DNA of 64,000 nucleotides from a bacterium (GTDB lineage Bacteria; Margulisbacteria; Marinamargulisbacteria; UBA817; JAQBTH01): NCBI GenBank assembly GCA_027623425.1, contig JAQBTH010000001.1, positions 1,485 to 65,484 of the forward strand, read 5' to 3'. Shown piece by piece: positions 60,973 to 64,000 of this stretch (position 1 is its first letter; each line of letters starts with the position of its first letter). The notes under the pieces were generated by a model. It saw only the letters and a program-made list of their open reading frames with translations, ran no database searches and was not told where the DNA came from. The position numbers and the translations under genes were made by a program.

Positions 60973-61374
60973 ATGAATAAACGACTTGCCAATACCACTC
61001 GCGAACGACACTTAACCTTTACTATTGCGACGCATCCACCACGACGAGACACTTACACAGTCGCGCATCTGCGAACTACCAGCGAAAGCGGTTTCGTTAA
61101 ACGATTTGATATTAACAACGCTAGTCCAAAAACCCCACCTAGTAATTGGATGGCGGGTATACCCCCATCAAGGCGCGCCTCCATAGCCGAGTTTTTAGCA
61201 GACTTGGATTGTGCACCTGGCGATGATGATGTGTTTTTACCACCCCAAGATTCTAATGGTTTTGAAATCAGATATTTACCACATAGACACGCAACACGTC
61301 GCACATCAAGCCAAGCTGATATAGATGACATGCTTGCAGAAATAAGAGCGCTACTGGAATCGCCTAGCGTGTAA
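60973..61374 (+). CDS. Hypothetical protein (133 aa; MNKRLANTT…), probably translationally coupled to the upstream gene (ATG 2 nt after its TAA)
   Basis: ORF; the track start 60955 is in the same frame, but 60973 abuts the upstream stop. Confidence 0.45.
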   Translation: MNKRLANTTRERHLTFTIATHPPRRDTYTVAHLRTTSESGFVKRFDINNASPKTPPSNWMAGIPPSRRASIAEFLADLDCAPGDDDVFLPPQDSNGFEIRYLPHRHATRRTSSQADIDDMLAEIRALLESPSV

Positions 61375-61385
61375 AATAGATATCT

Positions 61386-63128
61386 TCAATCCTCCTCTTT
61401 AGGGGCTACATTGCGCTGATCAATAATCGTGCGCGCCAGTTCTCTAAAAACAGGCCCAGCAACGCTACTACCCCAAATAGATTTTTTAGGGGAATGCACA
61501 CTCACTAAAATCACAACTTGAGGATCATCAACGGTCACCATACCCACAAAACTCGCCACATACTCCCCTTCCAAATACCCCGCTCCGCCAGATCCGGCCA
61601 CCTGCGCAGTGCCTGTTTTCCCACCTAAACGATACCCACGCTGCTTTACGATCACCCCGGTGCCATGATCCACAACACCTTCCATCACAGACTTCACAGC
61701 ATCCGATGTGCCTTGACTAACCACACGGCGCACCACTTTTCGGGGTACCGCTTTTATAGAAACCCCTTCGGCATCGGTTAAATACTTCACCACCCGTGGC
61801 TTTACCAGCTCTCCTCCGTTTACCAACGCCCCCACTGCCGCAGCCATTTGCAACGGTGTAACACCAATACCTTGCCCAAAACTCATCATGCCAATATCCA
61901 CACCAGACCATTGTTTTGGTGAGCGTAAAATCCCCGCCGTTTCACCTGGTAATTCCACCCCAGTAGGCACACCAAATCCAAAAGACTTCATATATTTATA
62001 AAAGCGATCCTTGCCCAATTCCAATGCAATAAGGGTGGTGCCCACATTCAAGCTGTTTTCAATAATCTCTTGAACGGTGTATTTATCCGGGTCATCTGCT
62101 TTGCGACGATGAGCCTCTTTTATGACTCTGTTGGATAATTTCAGCGTTTCAGGCACCTCTAAAATATCAGAAGTGGCATACACACCTTCTTCTAGCACCG
62201 CAGCCAACGTGATTAATTTAAAAATTGAACCTGGCTCATACACATCCACCAACGCACTATTCTTAAGCACTGGAATATCCGCCTCCCAATATTCATTTGG
62301 GTTGAAGGTAGGGTAATCCGCCATCGCTAAAATATCACCATTATGGGGGTCTAACACAATAACCTGACCGCCCTTTGCGGAATGCCATTCAATGGTTTTA
62401 GCAAGTTCACGTTCGGCCACATACTGTAACGTTTCATCAATAGTGGTATGCACATGCCCACCATCAAAACTGGTCGGTTCAAAACGTTGCACACCCACCT
62501 TAAAACCAGTCGGCCGCCCTTTTACATCTAGCGATCCACCTACAATACGCCGCCCCATTGGGTCGCCTTCAATCACAATGCGCCCTGACGAGCCAGTCAA
62601 AAACTCATTGTATTGAAACTCAAGGCCACCCAAACCACCATCCGTACCCACAAAACCCAATACATCGGCAGCCAACGCTTGGCTTGGATATACCCGTTTT
62701 TCTTCTTCAATAATATTCATACCCGGATGGGAAATATCGCGTAACGCTTCCGCAATTTCCGGAGCCGCTTTTCGGGCCAACCACACAAAGGGATAATCAA
62801 TATTAATTGTTTTGTACACCTCTTGCCACGGCACACCTAACTTTGGTGCGATAAGCTTAGCAAAACCCAATTTATCATCTATTTTAGGCGGCTGCGCATA
62901 GATCGAATAGGAATCTTCACCCAACGCCAAAGGCCGTCCGTTACGATCATAAATAACCCCACGATGGGTGGTAATTTTAATAATCTTTTTAACCTGACTT
63001 TCCTGTTTATCCACGTAAAACTCATGCTTAATAACTTGCAGATAAAACAGGCGAATCACCACCATGCCCATCATAATCAATACCCCCACAATCAACCAAA
63101 ATAATCTATTTTTATCCACGTGATTCAT
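61386..63128 (-). CDS. ftsI: Penicillin-binding transpeptidase (FtsI/PBP3-like class B PBP)
   Basis: 580 aa; N-terminal TM, SxxK (…GSIFK…), SxN and KTGT motifs; directly downstream of ftsL. Confidence 0.85.
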   Translation of the reverse strand: MNHVDKNRLFWLIVGVLIMMGMVVIRLFYLQVIKHEFYVDKQESQVKKIIKITTHRGVIYDRNGRPLALGEDSYSIYAQPPKIDDKLGFAKLIAPKLGVPWQEVYKTINIDYPFVWLARKAAPEIAEALRDISHPGMNIIEEEKRVYPSQALAADVLGFVGTDGGLGGLEFQYNEFLTGSSGRIVIEGDPMGRRIVGGSLDVKGRPTGFKVGVQRFEPTSFDGGHVHTTIDETLQYVAERELAKTIEWHSAKGGQVIVLDPHNGDILAMADYPTFNPNEYWEADIPVLKNSALVDVYEPGSIFKLITLAAVLEEGVYATSDILEVPETLKLSNRVIKEAHRRKADDPDKYTVQEIIENSLNVGTTLIALELGKDRFYKYMKSFGFGVPTGVELPGETAGILRSPKQWSGVDIGMMSFGQGIGVTPLQMAAAVGALVNGGELVKPRVVKYLTDAEGVSIKAVPRKVVRRVVSQGTSDAVKSVMEGVVDHGTGVIVKQRGYRLGGKTGTAQVAGSGGAGYLEGEYVASFVGMVTVDDPQVVILVSVHSPKKSIWGSSVAGPVFRELARTIIDQRNVAPKEED

Positions 63129-63427
63129 TGCAAATTATCCTGTGTAGAAATAGGATTGTGATGCAAATAACGGATACGAGTTGTAGGCTCTAGACCCATT
63201 TTCTTTGCACGTGCTTCAACCACTTCCAAAGAGGTCGCATTTAATAATTGCACCTGCATACGGCGATTATTTCGCTTTAATAGCTTCAAATCCTGTTTTA
63301 ATTGAGACACTTCACTGTTAATGCCAATGGTACGAATATGGTAATGCAATCCTAAAAGTGTAATCACAATTAGGCTAAAAATTAATCCTAGGGCCCCCAC
63401 TACACGACGGCCACCCAACTTTTTCAT
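63125..63427 (-). CDS. ftsL: Cell division protein FtsL-like
   Basis: 100 aa, single TM plus coiled coil, directly upstream of the class B PBP gene. Confidence 0.6.
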   Translation of the reverse strand: MKKLGGRRVVGALGLIFSLIVITLLGLHYHIRTIGINSEVSQLKQDLKLLKRNNRRMQVQLLNATSLEVVEARAKKMGLEPTTRIRYLHHNPISTQDNLQ

Positions 63428-64000
63428 TAGCGCTTGGCAATACTATCTAAAATGAGCTGGCGAACAAGATCTGGTTTTGCTCGACCTTTCGTTTCCCGCA
63501 TCACTTGTCCCATCAAGAAATCAGCAGAATTGGTTTTTCCAGCTTTTACCTTTTCAACAACATCCAAATTCGCATCTAAAATAGTATCTACCACGCCTTG
63601 TAGGGCCGATTCATCGCTGATTTGAGCGCCGCCACTTTGGTCAATAAGGGTGTTAGGATCGGTTCCTGTTTCAACCATTTTAAGCAAAATATCTTTGCCC
63701 ATTTTTCCAGAAATTTTCCCCGAAGCTAAGACCGACAAGAAGACTAAAAAGTGCGCCACTGAAACCTTTGTAGACCCGTAATCTTCGCCTTTATCCTTTA
63801 GGTTTGCGACAAAGTCACCTAACATCCACTTTTTAATTTCAGAAGGACTAACATCCTTAGGGGCCGCATTAACCGCCGCATCAAAATATCGGCAAAGTGG
63901 AACATCTGATACAAATATATCCGCTTCTTTTTCTGAAAACTCAAAGTCGGCCATATAACGCGCCCGCTTCACAATTGGCAATTCAGGCAGTGAACGACGA
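63427..64000 (-). CDS. gatB: Asp/Glu-tRNA amidotransferase subunit B, C-terminal ~190 codons (5' end outside the window)
   Basis: …LPELPIVKRARYMADFEF… and a C-terminal GatB/YqeY domain (…FLMGQVMRETKGRAKP…); the frame is open to the window edge. Confidence 0.85.
   Translation of the reverse strand, partial: RRSLPELPIVKRARYMADFEFSEKEADIFVSDVPLCRYFDAAVNAAPKDVSPSEIKKWMLGDFVANLKDKGEDYGSTKVSVAHFLVFLSVLASGKISGKMGKDILLKMVETGTDPNTLIDQSGGAQISDESALQGVVDTILDANLDVVEKVKAGKTNSADFLMGQVMRETKGRAKPDLVRQLILDSIAKR

Overview
This 64-kb window is chromosomal DNA from a moderately low-GC bacterium (GC is roughly 40-45% by eye). Genes use clear GGAG-type Shine-Dalgarno sites, and LptA/LptC-like proteins indicate a diderm envelope. 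I could not assign the lineage with confidence. The primary sigma factor is unusually short (327 aa), and several eukaryote-like or effector-like ORFs suggest a host-associated lifestyle. Most of the window is core housekeeping: atpD'-atpC, yraN/rnhB, the full rpmF-plsX-fabH-fabD-fabG-acpP-fabF fatty-acid operon, rsmE, the dnaG-rpoD operon, rsfS, yqeK, an LCP protein, LPS-transport and envelope genes, purQ, a two-subunit ATP-citrate lyase, an epimerase, hom, ftsK, an RluA-family pseudouridine synthase (annotated rluA), lspA, pgk-gap, a long-form hpf, a GlmU-N-like uridyltransferase, NIF3, and ftsL-ftsI-gatB' at the window end. RNA genes are rnpB, tmRNA (ssrA), and four tRNAs: Ile2/Met-CAT, Ala-GGC, Lys-TTT and Met-CAT.

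Accessory content sits between these core blocks.
- An AbiEi/AbiEii module whose nucleotidyltransferase carries a C-terminal WYL-like domain, with a triple-repeat candidate operator upstream.
- A metzincin-motif (HExxHxxGxxH) membrane protein inserted between rnhB and yraN.
- An 811-aa J-domain (HPD) protein next to a tRNA.
- A set of otherwise unrelated hypothetical ORFs that share a conserved N-terminal module ([KR]RIA[TA]S) at both peptide and DNA level. This is the strongest candidate for something undescribed, such as a shared secretion or regulatory signal on effector-like proteins.
- Three paralogous Kelch-like beta-propeller lipoproteins with Big_2-like domains: one intact, one frameshifted, one truncated.
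- Two small dispersed-repeat families and a perfect 73-bp tandem-like duplication upstream of tRNA-Met.

No CRISPR array, transposase or integrase was seen. Coordinates of RNA genes and repeats may be off by 1-2 nt because they were read by hand.
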